The notes under the pieces: model-generated | Told to the model about the DNA's origin: nothing | The model's input: only the letters and a program-made list of their open reading frames with translations | Database searches by the model: none | Shown here: piece after piece, positions 31,018-43,432 of the stretch | How positions within the stretch are numbered: the stretch's first letter is position 1 | Layout: each line of letters begins with the position of its first letter | Made by a program: the position numbers and the translations under genes | NCBI GenBank assembly: GCA_045837725.1 | Contig: JBEWZL010000284.1 | Location: 1-64,000 of the forward strand | Length of the DNA: 64,000 nt | Source: Vermamoeba vermiformis | Taxonomy: Eukaryota | Reading direction: 5' to 3'

Positions 31018-32099
31018 ATGGATACCATAAGAGTCATATATGAGGGCGTGCAAACGCGTTGGACTTCGTTTGTGGACAACCACCACGACAACTCTTTGCT
31101 GATCTGGGTTTTAATTCCTTACTTCTGCTCTTTATCAGCGAATATTATTATTTCCGTGCTTGGAGAGGTCTTGGATAGATTTAGCCCGCAGGCGTACTAC
31201 AATAAATACAAAATCGTCTATAAACAAGGTAAAACTTCGATCGGATCAATTATTTCTCCAAAATATTACACTTCAGCCTAGTCTCCCAGTAAATAGAAAT
31301 TCTAACATCCTATTAATTCTAGAGCGCACGCATTATTCTTTCTGGATGATACTTAAGCAAAGGTAATTCACATTAAACCCAATCTGTGATCTCGTTAACC
31401 AAGGGACACTTTAGTATGATCTCGCAATTTGCATTATTTGCTTCTTCGTTTGCTGGCTTAATTTTATTCCCTATGTTCATCAAGGTATGTTACGTTTGTT
31501 CGAATCCATTCCAGCGGCAAATCTAATCCAAGTTTTTCTGCTGGTAGCCGACGGACGAAATTCCCAGCTTTATCAAAATCGCGCTGACAATGTATGCTAT
31601 GAGCATCGTTGATGACTTATGGTAAGCTCTTGAACTGTCAGACGGAGAATCAAAGCTCACCATTTTATATTTCAGGTTTTATTGGAATCACCGCGCCCTT
31701 CATAACGTTAAATGGCTGTGGGAGAATGTGCACTCTTTTCATCACCAAATCAAAGAGCCTACTGGTTTATCCACGAACTACATCCACCCGCTTGAAATGT
31801 TAGCAGTCAGTGTTGGTCCTTTTCTCGCTGCTATTATATTCCGTCCTACTCTCTTCGTATTATACCTTTATATATTCATTCGTACGGGCGTCGACATTGC
31901 AAATCACACTGGCTGGGAGTTTCCATTCAGTCCGCTACGTTTCTTGCCTTTCCACACGCAAACCAAGTTCCACGATACGCACCATTATATTAGCGGATAT
32001 TACGGCAATGCTAAGAACCTGGCTACCACCTCTACATTGTGGGATAAGATCTTTGGCACGTACTCAAGCAACGAATCCCTGTTTACAAAGAAGGCATAA
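31018..32099 (+). CDS. Fatty acid hydroxylase/sterol desaturase family protein (multi-exon)
   Basis: His boxes YWNHRALH, VHSFHH, HPLE, NHTG and FHDTHH, with hydrophobic segments. Confidence 0.9.
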
Positions 32100-32221
32100 G
32101 ATCTCAAAGGAACTCGTAATTTCCAATTCGTATGTTAATTAATGACTTGTATTATTGTATTCTTATTTTGTCAATAAACCTTTTGCTAAAAAAGATTTGC
32201 GCAGTCCAAAGTAGAATCAAA

Positions 32222-32926
32222 ATGGCAGAACAACAATCAGTCGATATTTTCGAAGTATTTAAATTAGGCTCCATTAAGAAAACGGAGCTCGAAGCATTAT
32301 CTCTCGATGAAGCCAAGAAACGATTCGTCAGATTATTGCCCGTGACGTCAACAGATGAGCTCAAAAATGCTGCAGCCGTTGCTTCAGTCCCGCCACCAAG
32401 TAAATAATTTTTATTAATTTTTGCATTATTTTTCATAGCATTTGTTGATTTAATTACGCAGATCACATGGTCGTGGATCGAAATAAATTTCAGGACATGT
32501 TCAAGCAGCAATCTACAGACGCTATCAATAAGAAAACTAGCGGACTATTAAATAGATTAGATAGAACCGTTGTTAGATTAAAATCAGACTTTCAAACGGA
32601 ATGGAAGAACAGCTTGGATCTGCTCAAAGAAAATGTCACTTTCCACCAAGCAGATTGCCTCCGCTCCGTAAAGTACTACGCCCTATTTAAAAATATTAAA
32701 AAAAGACTGACAATAGTTATGCAGAGCGGCAGTGGATGGAGAATCGGATCCTGTAAAACGAGCAGAGCTGATTGAAAACGCATTTAAATCGCAAGAAGAG
32801 CAATTGAATAAGTTATTTGCATTGTTAGAGGCCAAGAAGAGTTTTATTGATCAATTAACGCTCGATGAAGACGAGTCACCGATCGACGCTGATCTTTTGC
32901 TTGGTGCCAATCCAGACCAACAATAA
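32222..32926 (+). CDS. Hypothetical helical protein (3 exons)
   Basis: MAEQQSVDIFEVF start and three ORF segments linked by GT-AG introns. No family recognised. Confidence 0.6.
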
Positions 32927-33132
32927 AGCGGCTAATATACTCCAATATCAATTGTCCTAATATTTTAGGCCTTGCAAATCTAAGAGTAAGGGCACGTGTC
33001 CAGAAACGAAAATAACTAGCATGACAAACTCTGTCCCGCAAGCCATGTAAGTCTAAGACTTTGAAAAATTCGGTGCTCATAAGAACTTAGTTCTTAGAGC
33101 TTATTTATTGAGTTTAACTAATTACATCCACT

Positions 33133-34879
33133 TTAGTTTGCAAAGCACGATTGTGGTATGAAATCAGGATCGAGATACTTTGCCATTACTTTGTCGTTGT
33201 GACCGCGTGGTGGAATTCTATTTTGCAATACGAATATTGGCTGATAATCTCCTTCTTTATTTGCATCGCATCTGATGATAATATGTAAGTAACGAAATAT
33301 TATGCGATCTGATCTGGATCCGCTACGAACTCACCCGCTCCATCTGGCTGTCATATGATTATCACCATAGACATCTAATAAGGTCCAATATTCCAATAAT
33401 CGAGGTAATCGTACTTGACCGTACACGCGGTGCATGTTCCATACGATTTTGTCCCTTTGTTTAGTGTCTTCATTAACACTTATCCATTCATAATATTATA
33501 TATGATGCACTTACATGGCGATAGGCACGGATAAAAGCAATATTCCGTCAGGTTTGAGCAAGCACTTCATTTTTTTCATCATTTCCAAATCACCGTCCGG
33601 GCGAATGGGATCTCCGTACCTTGAATACCATTAGTATTGTTATATATTTATCATATAGGTATATATATGGTCTTTACCGGCCCAGTCCATCGTGTTCAAA
33701 GCTCGAGATGGATATCGCGACGTCAAAGCGCACTGGATTCAGATCGTACTGCGCAATTGTCATTGACCTCAACCGCGGGTCATCATATTCCATAATAATA
33801 GGCTGAAAATCGATGGTCGTGCAGGTCTGAGCGCCGTACACAAGGCACACGCTCTCATAAATTGGTCGTTGACTGCCCATGATTGCCATATGCTTGCCTT
33901 TAATGGGGTGTTCTTTAATACTCCTAAATAAGGAAAAGTAAGATTAAAATACCGTTTTACAGGCACTACATAAAATTTAGTTTTCCTTTTTTGGAATTAT
34001 GAAGCGGCGTCCGAAATTTACCTGTACAAAAACAGATCTGTGTCGCCGTAATAGTTAGCACGACCCTCTTGTATGGATTGAATATATCCTTCGAACTGTT
34101 GCCTGGAGTAAACGTGTTTGGCATCGTATTTAGCACCGGTCTGACACTGGTACCACTCTGTTACTCCTATTACCTCGTTAAATTAGTTTAAATTCGCAAT
34201 ACTACAGGGGTATATATATTACCGATTGATCCGTTCATTGTGTATTCGTCAACCAGATCCAGCGGCATCCGCGTAGGGCAGCCGTCTTTGTTTCGATTAT
34301 CTTCTACATCTAAATATAATCTATTGTTAATATAAGTAGTACTGCGGGCAGCCAATCATTAATCAAAACAGGGTACTGTAAACGGCGTTTAGCCTCAGAT
34401 GGGCTTGCTGTTTTTTTAACCCTTTTGCTTGATTTTGTTAAATAGGAGGGATCAATTTATATTTATTTTTCGCGTATTTGCTGCAGGCATTGTGCGTAAA
34501 CCTAGTGCCTGAGTTAACCGATCTCGGATGCGTACGCAAAATTTGCTTGCTTATATTTGATTCATTATGTTCGAAATAGGCATATTTATAATAAATATCG
34601 CTATTGAACTGCATTTTTTCCTTTGTCCGCTCGTTTACAGTAAATACTCACAAAAAGATCTCGATCATTCTTACCTTTGTGGTCCGTGCCCCAAGTATTT
34701 AAACATGCATCTACCGATTCAAATTCAGCGTCGTGCTTCCTAATGTTGTAATGCGATTCTTTTTCGCTGTAGTCAGTCGATCGCAAATCCAGTGGCGCGA
34801 AACTAAAAGTAACCAAGGCTACTAGGGACACAAGGATTAATAAATAAATCCTTCGTCTTTTGTTAGATGTTCGCTTCAT
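33133..34879 (-). CDS. DUF268-type methyltransferase-like type II membrane protein (multi-exon)
   Basis: N-terminal TM, then NYYG, AIMGSQRPIYE, FDVAISISSFEHDGLGRYGDPIRPDGDL, LKPDGILLLS and NMHRVYG. Confidence 0.8.
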
Positions 34880-35712
34880 CTTTGGTCTTCAGCAGCTTGC
34901 GAAAATGCTTGATTAGAAGAAATAGGACGACTCGTCAAGTGACTCACATTGGGACCCGAATAAAACCAATCGACATTTTATTCTTTATCAAATTTGAGAT
35001 CGCTCATCATATTATAATGGGATTGCAAGTTATTTAAATTGACTAACGCAGGTATAGGGTTTATTATAATTATTTATTGACAAAGCGATGGAGTTTTCCA
35101 CGCTCTATTAGTAAACCGACATAAAAATCAATGATAGTTTGACGCCTTATTATATGTATTAAGGTTAACTATACGGATACTATGGTAGCGACGTTTGTTT
35201 GTAAGCAGTAATGCACGTAAGCGTACCAGATCTACCTGCTGAAATTTAACCAGCGAAAATATTTTTAATTTGGTAATAATATTTGAACTTTTACGTAATT
35301 ATGTCCGATATTAATTGAATACTATTTTTCGCTGGAGATCCAAGAATCTTTGGTTATGCGTCGTAGCAACTTAACAATTTTGGTGTTATATTATATTAAT
35401 AATATATTAAATTATTATTATAATATTAATTAATTGTATTGATTGAAGAGCACTCACGTTGACAGATCTAGTGAGGTCAACTCGAAGTTCTGTGAGAAGG
35501 AGTTCTAATGTCTGATGTTGACATGCGCAAATTTGACGAATGGGACGTGGTCTAGGCGCCAACAAGTCCGAAGACACTGAAGTGAACTAAGCTTTTGGTC
35601 AATTTAATCGCGAGAGAAAATTTGTCGCGCGACATCGGATCTTTATTTCTCAGCGCGTTATTGCAATACCAACCACTTTTGACAATAGAATAACACGTTT
35701 TACAACATAATT

Positions 35713-36935
35713 ATGGAAAGTAATTCAAGACCGGTAAGTTGCCGTTCAACAGTGCGCAACTTGTTGCTATTTGTTAGAATTTACGTATTTTTATTGTAAT
35801 TAATCTATAGTCATATTATTCATTCAGGTTGTTGTAATTGGAGCCACGGGAAGAACGGGGCTGTAAGCAATTTTACCAAAATTTCCAAATATTCCGTCAT
35901 AATTAATTAGATAAATAATAGAGAGGTCGTCAAACAATTATTAGCGAGTGGAAAACATGTTCGTGCAATTGTTCGTGATCCCGCAAAATTAGACTCGTTA
36001 AAGAATGAAAGTAAGAACCTTGAAGTTGTCAGCGGTGACATTGCCAGCGAGGAGGTAAGTTTACAACGTGATAATTATCTATCAATTCGAGCCAGATGGC
36101 AGACCCGAGCGCGTCGCTTGCCTAAATTTTCAGTGAACGAATTCGCGGGTTTTTGCAGCCGTACTAATTCACTTATTAGAGTATGGAGAAGGCTCTCAAA
36201 GGTGCCGATCAAGTTGTATTTGCTGCTGGTGGCTTCTCTTTGTTTGGAGTAAAGAACAGGTATATTGTAACTCGAGTGTCATGTCACGCTGTTTGCTAAC
36301 ATTTTTGTTCGTGCCACAGAGCCTCAGCACCTTACAATGTCGATAACTTGGGAGTCAAGCACACGGTCGATGCGCTCAAGAAGACGGCAGGCAAGGACAA
36401 CCACTTCTTGCTCGTGTCATCTGCTCTCATTACACGCTCGTGGCATCCGTTCCATATCCTCTTGAACGTCATGGGAGGCCGTATATTGACTTGGAAATGG
36501 GAAGGTACGTATCGACAGTTATCCATATTATGTTGCATAGCTCTAATGATAGACACGTCTAGGTGAGAACTACCTGCGCAAGAGTGGTTTGAACTACACC
36601 ATCGTCCGTCCTGGAGGTCTCAATGACACTGCTGCCAATGAGAAGCCTTTGACTATTGATCAAGGGTAAGTCCTAATGTGCCGTACAAAAAACAGTACTC
36701 TACAAGCCAGTGAATGACACGTGAGTAAGGCACTAACTCGTTGTGCTTCAGAGACAAGCTTGGTGGTATGGTATCACGTGCTGACGTTGCTCGTGTGTGC
36801 GTTGCAGCATTGGGCCGCAAAGAGTCCTTCAACAAGACGTTCGAAATGGTGTGGGAGAAGACACCCGCAGCAGATGCGAAACCGCAGGACTCCAAACAGC
36901 TCATTGACATCTTTGCTGGCTTGAAGACCGATTAA
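35713..36935 (+). CDS. Atypical SDR/NAD(P)H-binding protein (TIC62/YbjT-like; multi-exon)
   Basis: VVVIGATGRTG, VRAIVRDP, GDI, YTIVRPGGL and VSRADVARVCV. Confidence 0.85.
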
Positions 36936-37106
36936 GACTGTAAACCCCGCTTGGATATGTACATAAAAGATTTCCCGCCCATTTTATTAAATGGATCCCT
37001 TTTCTTCGAAGCCTTTTTCGTATTTTTATTTAACAGAACAACATGTCACAATTTTTTACCAGCAAGTTACTAATAGCACAAAGCATTGCCAATTTACAAG
37101 ACCAAA

Positions 37107-40062
37107 ATGGCAATGGAGATTGATGACGGGTCTTTGAGCTCTTTTAGTATGGACTCGAACGAATCTCCGCTTGATCTGCTCAATTCGGCTGGTAAATAAT
37201 ATTTTAATTATGAAAATAATACGTATTAATTATGATATAATCGTTAGAAATATCAGCTCGCCCCACAGGCCAAAAAGTAATAAAAAAGCATTTAGACGAT
37301 TGGATCAAGGAAAAAGAGTCCCTGGCGAGTAAAGAAAGCCCAACTAAGAAATTTAAAACTCTTCATAAAAAAGGAATACCCTCATTGCACGTTGAAGAAG
37401 TAAAATCAAATGATCCCAATTTTAAAATGCCTGAAGAGCCCAAGCGCAAGCAAGCAAAGAAGAATGTTACATTCGAAGACAAAACTACAGAAACTAGCTC
37501 CTCCAACGTTAAATCTTTTAAGCAGAAAAAACAGACGAGCCCACAAAAAGATCCCATCCGCACGAACAATACAAACGAAACCACAGAAGAAGAAAAAACG
37601 GCAAACCAAGGGACCAATGAAGGCAATGCTAGATCTCCCGGCAAATCTCCAAAGTCAGAAAACAAGGAAGAGCACACGATCTGTCCGCCAGGCTTCATTA
37701 ACGTTCTGCAATCTCGCATGGTATTTGATTGGTTCAAAGAACTAATGCGGTGTCGCGAAGACTCCATCGGCGTTGGCATGCTGCTCGAGTGCCATTCAAC
37801 TAACTTTCAAAAGAGCCTTTATTTCGTAAGGAAAACACACGTGCCCCCGATCCGCCAACTAACATCGTTTTCTAGAAAACCAAATGTGAAGCTTATGGCG
37901 GTGATTACTCGAAACTATTAATAGGCATAGGGTTCTTATCGTCCAAATCCACCAAGCCCTATTTCTTGCCGTTCCCCAGAGTTGACTCGACGGACGTTTC
38001 CAAGCGGGATGTTGAAGACTTTTTAGTAGAATTCTTTTCATCGCACGTGCCCAAGTTATGCTACAACGTCAAAGAGTGTCTCAAGATCTTGTATCAATGT
38101 GGCTTAGAGTGTAAGTTATACTCTTTGTAACATCGATCCAGGCCTAACGGATGCCGTAGTCCATGCAAAACATCTATTAGACCCGATGATTGCAGCGTGG
38201 CTCTATAACCCTGACATGGAGTCTTTCGAATTCGAGCACGTACTGCGCGTTTTCTTTGCGACACAAGAATCAGCCAAAGAAAACATTGAAAAGTTCCTTC
38301 AGCAGCGCAACCCGACGCCCACAACCATTGGCAAAGTGTTCCTTGAAGATTTGATTATCAATTTCAAATTAATGTCGCGGCTAACTGCGCATCTGAACCA
38401 GTTAGAGTGCTATCAAGTCTTCAAAGATCAAGAGATGCGTGTCGCTCCTCTACTTGCACGTAAGTGCACGAGTCGTTGCGAAGCTCTTTTTAATTATTCA
38501 TTATTAACAGGCATTGAAACTGTGGGTATATTATACAATCGAGACGCTCTTAGCAATCACAAGGCAGAGATTAACGTAAGTCCTCTTGTCTGGGCTACTC
38601 GAGTGCTAATGCCACGTGCAGGCGCGAATCGAGAAGATCAAAACAGACGCACGCAGCAGCGTCGGTTATGAAGTGCCGCTGTCTAGTCCCAAGAAATTAG
38701 CGGAGATCCTCTTTCAGAAGTTGCAATTAGCGCCTGAAGAAAATGCCAACGATGCGTCGAAGAAAAGCAAAAAGAATCACGAGAGCACCGCTGAATCTGT
38801 GTTGATGCAACTCAAAGACAAACACGTACTGCCGGGCCTAATCTTAGAATACCGACACTGGACCAAGCTGTTGTCGACCTTCATTGAATCACTGGAAAAG
38901 AAAGCTGTGTTTGACGAGCACGATAAGACTTTCAAAATCAAAGCGCATTGGGACCAACTAACAGCCACTGGTCGCTTGGCCTCATCCGAACCGGTAAGTT
39001 ACTCGTGCCTCCTGAACTTCTTACATTACTAACTGATGACTAGAACTTGCAAAACTTGCCCAAAGAAGATTATGCCATTTTTGACGGTGACAAGCCTGCG
39101 CGCATGATCAATGTGAGAAACGCGTTTGTCTCACGAGAGGGCTATACGCTCCTGTCAGTGGACTACAGTCAGATTGGTAAGTGTAACGCTTGAGCGCGTG
39201 ACCACGATATTTAACGTTCTTGTAGAGATGAGAATTCTTGCGCACTTATGCGGTGACCCCGCTCTTAACAAGATGATTGTCGCTGGTGAAGATATTCATA
39301 AGGCTGTAGCGTCCATTTGGCTTGGCAAATCTCCGGCACACGTGTCCGATGCTGAACGCGAACAGGCCAAAGAAATAGGCTACGGAATCATATATGGCAT
39401 GGGTACGTAGTCTTGGTAGTATAAGCTAATGGCTTATTATTGTTACCTGTAGGCGCATCGGGTCTCGGACAAAAGTTGAAGATTCCAACACAGCAGGCAC
39501 AAAAGTTGATCCACGACTTCCTCCAGCGGTTCTCAGCTGTTCAAAACTTCGTGCGCCAATCTGTAAATAACTGCAAGAAGAATGGTTCGGTGAAAACCTT
39601 GACGAATAGGCAAGTAGAGCAAATTCGTCTGCGTGCTCGGATCTAACCCTCCTGTTACTAGGCGACGCTTATTTGACAAGATTAACGACCGTTCGAACTC
39701 AACTCTGGCCTCCAAGCAAGAGAGACAATGCGTGAATACAGTCATTCAAGGCACTGCCGCTGATTTGGTAAGTTTACTGATCGTGTCACGCGGTGTCACA
39801 TCCACTGATTTTTCCGTTCCAGGCGAAGCGGACCATGATTGACTTGGATGATATCATATACGCTGACAAGATAGATGCGCGTTTATTAGTTCAGCTGCAC
39901 GATGAGCTTGTCTACGAGGTCAAGCTGGAAGAGGTAGATGTGCTCGTGACAGCAATCAAGAAAGTGGTCGCCAAGAGCGGTGGACTGAAAATCAGCGTTC
40001 CTACTCCTGTAAATATCTCCGTGGGCCAGAGCTTTGGTGCGCTAGTGCCTTACAACAAATAG
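37107..40062 (+). CDS. Family A DNA polymerase (Pol theta/nu-like, no helicase domain; multi-exon)
   Basis: TATGRLASSEP|NLQNLP, motif A DYSQI|EMRILAH, motif B REQAKEIGYGIIYGMG, NTVIQGTAADL, motif C VQLHDELVYE. A degenerate exonuclease-like region contains DPMIAAWLYNPD. Confidence 0.9.
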
Positions 40063-40859
40063 AGCAGATCCAAGTTTGATCCATGCCCTTTTGATGTACG
40101 TATCTTAGCTGGTTGTTAAATATGTTCATAGTGCCTTGTCAATAATACCAAAGCCATAAAGAATCAGTATTTATTAACAAAGTAAGAAGTTGCTAAATTT
40201 AGGTGCGATCTGATCAACAAATGCTGATTTTAAAGATTTTGTTTATTTATTACATGAAGGTGATTAAAATGTACAAAATGCGCTGCTAAACAGACACTAG
40301 CGACTTCGAAGTCATTATGTGGCTTCATTTACCAGTGTTCGATCCAGTTCTGGATTGATAGTTCCAGTACTTCTGAACGTTCTCAGGAGCTTTAGGAGTG
40401 CCTTTGCGTACTCGAGTAGCCTCAGGATGCATCCAGAACATAGTAGTCTTAGTTACTGCTTTGGTGGCGGAAATATTGATCGAGTTCATTGCGCGTAAGT
40501 TCAAACTGCTTCTAGTTGTTACTTGAAAGTTATTACAATTAACAGTTCTGCTTTGTATTTATTTTATTCAATTTACGATTAAATCTCATTTTATCAATTT
40601 TATTTAAGGTCCTACAATGCGAGCATGATATTTCGTGGATAACACAACACCAAAACGATACCAAAAACACCTTTGTTTTCCTAACCTCGCGATATCTCTT
40701 GGTCTCTAATATCTTTAGCCTTTTATGGTAGAATTGTATCTTCTCGACAATACGTTAATCCATCATCGCGTTATGTCCATCGCACTGCGATTTCTCATGG
40801 TACGTTAGTAAATATCAATGGCCATATCTAGAAGCTATAACCTAATACAATAGGTAGAA

Positions 40860-41511
40860 ATGAGTCTGCTGCAGTATTCCCATCAGAATTATTCGCGTAT
40901 TGATGTTGGTAGCGCCGTTGTTATCTATGTTTAGTCGTTTAGCGGTTTGCAAACATTACAGTAGTCAAATCGTACCTGTTAGTCTTATTAATCTTTGGTG
41001 TGTAGGTTGCGTTGGAGGTTCATCAGGAGGTCCGTAAATCGGATCTACAACGTAGGTAGCGAAAACATAAGGATTCGCTGCGAAATTTGGCGCGGTCGTC
41101 AAGCCAATTAGTCCTTTGTCACCTACAATAACCGTTAGTATTATTCGCTAAAATTCTGTCATATTCCGTACCTGCATTTTGAAATTCATCTGAAAGGTCT
41201 AGCCAAAGGCGTTTTTCTTTTTGCAAGTCGAGCCAGTAGATCTGACCGTCTTTGTTTCCTATAAACGCCTTTCGAGTGTTATCCGTAAACGCTACTGACA
41301 CAGGATTTCCAAGGCCGCCAACAACCAGTTCATCAACAAACAAGTTGACATCTGGATTCGCTTGCGCTGGTTTGCCAGTGCCACGAATGGCACCGCCTGG
41401 ACCATCGCTGTTATAGCACGGACACGGATAGTTAGCCGGATAATTAGCGATGTTGCAGTTTCCCGAGGCGGAGCGCTGCACAAGCAGGGGAGGAAGTGAA
41501 TTCAACACCAA
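40860..41511 (-). pseudogene. Truncated glucose/sorbosone dehydrogenase-like beta-propeller fragment
   Basis: ELVVGGLGNPVSVAFT...FIGNKDGQI...LDLSDE|DKGLIGLTTAPNFAANPYVFATYVVD. Similarity is lost after about two blades, followed by stops, and there is no clear native 5' end. Confidence 0.5.
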
Positions 41512-42015
41512 CCTTGATTATCAGTAATTACTATCACCTTGTTCCCCAGTATTAGAACCTCGTAAACCTTGCTTAAACTTGATATATTTGTCCAAGTTGC
41601 GTTGGATTCGCTGTTTTTGTTTTTGGGTAACTCGACAGTCGGGTTCATTTACTTTAGTACCGTTCCAATGTTCGCTTACTGCTTTTTCTAAAATTTTTAG
41701 CCTTCGAGAGGACTAAATAATGAACGAATATTAATAATTGGATTTCGAATTTCAATATTTTCGGAATTATGTTATTACCTTTCTCTTAGCCTTTTGTTGA
41801 TTCTCGAACTCATATAATCGAATAGTGGCATCTATTAAATTATTTTTAAGCTCGTCCTCTTTGGTTGCATCCCTATTTGCGACAAATGCATCGATCGCAT
41901 CTAGCTGCTTTATATTTATTATAGAATATTCGTCGAATGTTTTGTCGTCGAATGTTGTGTCAGCCATTGTTGCCACTTTATTATCGGTATCAATTAATTA
42001 CAACACTGGCAGGAT

Positions 42016-42439
42016 CTACTTCTCGACGAAGCACTTGGCACTGTTGAAGAACTGAGTCCAAAAACATTCCTTTTCCACAGGCTGTTCTGGTCGAGTCTCA
42101 GGAATGCGCAACATAGTACCATTTGTTACATGTTGCAGTATTCTGTTCTTGATGTTGAATTGCAGCTCCGTGTGCCATGTCGGAAGATCTTTGGGCAGTG
42201 GCATGCTCCAGAGCTCGGTGCACGTTTTCGGCATCCAAAACACGCAGCACGCTGGCTTGTGCGTAGTAATAGATGTTACGATCTGGGTCATATCTGGACA
42301 AGCTCACATCGCCACTGGATGTACTGATCGAGCCTGAAAAAGTGGACCAGTCAACGACGTGTGGACTGGTACAAGCTCTCTGTCGATGATAATCCTTTCT
42401 CTTAAGAAAAGTGAGACGTTGCAACGGCTGTTCGGACAT
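42016..42439 (-). pseudogene. Frameshifted PQQ-repeat-like beta-propeller fragment
   Basis: Two overlapping ORFs join as IYYYAQASVLRVLDAEN-G-TELWS if one base (about 42222) is removed, matching the LxALDxxxGxxxW pattern. Confidence 0.45.
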
Positions 42440-43228
42440 TCAATGCAATGGCGATGTCTTTGAAAGACCACTGTACTTTTTACTGTCCAAATTTAAAACC
42501 CTTTTACGTTAAGCAGTAGAACACAATGCTACAAGCTGTAAAATTTACTCTGCTCGGAAATAGAGCAGTAGGCAAGGTAAATACCCAAATTACATTTAGA
42601 TCTCGCGAGCTCCCGACGAGGATTTAATAATATTATTATATTTAGACGTGTTTGATCTTCACTTATAAAGATGGTGCCTTTCCAAGTGACCCTATTCAAT
42701 CGGTAAGTTATTCAGTGAATTTTTAATTTTTTAAATTCAATTTCGATAAACTAACCCATTTTAAAGGGCACAGAAGGGTACGAGGTTAAAGATGTAAGTA
42801 ATAAAATTCAAAAATAATTAGATTAATTAACGAAACCAGGTAACTTTCGCCAATAAGCCAATACATCTCACTTTGTGGGATACATTCGGAGGAGATGACG
42901 ATGGTAAGTATTAAATACCAACTTTTACATTTCTTCGAACTGTTTAATCTGAAATTTTCGATTAAGGTGTGGATCGGTATCGTCGGCTCTTTTACACTGA
43001 CACAGGCACGTATTGAACAAACTAAAAAGTATTCAAATAATGCTAAATTACTCGTTAGATGTATTCATAGTATGCTTCTCAATAATCAACCGAAAGAGCT
43101 TTGCAGAAGTGGAAAACCGGGTAATAATTATTATTAATTCCTATGCATTCGCATATTAATATTACATCATTATAGTGGGTGCCTGATCTTAAGAAGTATT
43201 GGAACGTGCCGTTCATTATTGTAGGTAC

Positions 43229-43387
43229 TGTAGTGAGTCGTCCGAGTAAATAATGAGGCGTGGTATTCAGTGTAAGATAAGGCTTAACAAGCCTGATTTT
43301 TATTTAGGTATACAAATACAGTTTATCAACCGACGGAATCACATCTGTGAATCCGCAGCACGTGGAGTGTAGATCTACTCCACTACA
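43229..43387 (-). repeat. 3' LTR
   Basis: Identical by eye to 49730-49888. TG...CA termini with a 7-bp inverted repeat, and AATAAA on the element strand. Confidence 0.97.
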
Positions 43388-43402
43388 TTCCTCCCTTCTT
43401 TT
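43388..43402 (-). other. Polypurine tract
   Basis: AAAAGAAGGGAGGAA on the minus strand, directly adjacent to the 3' LTR. Confidence 0.9.
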
Positions 43403-43432
43403 AATTGCTCCCCTATATTAGAGTGGTCAGCT

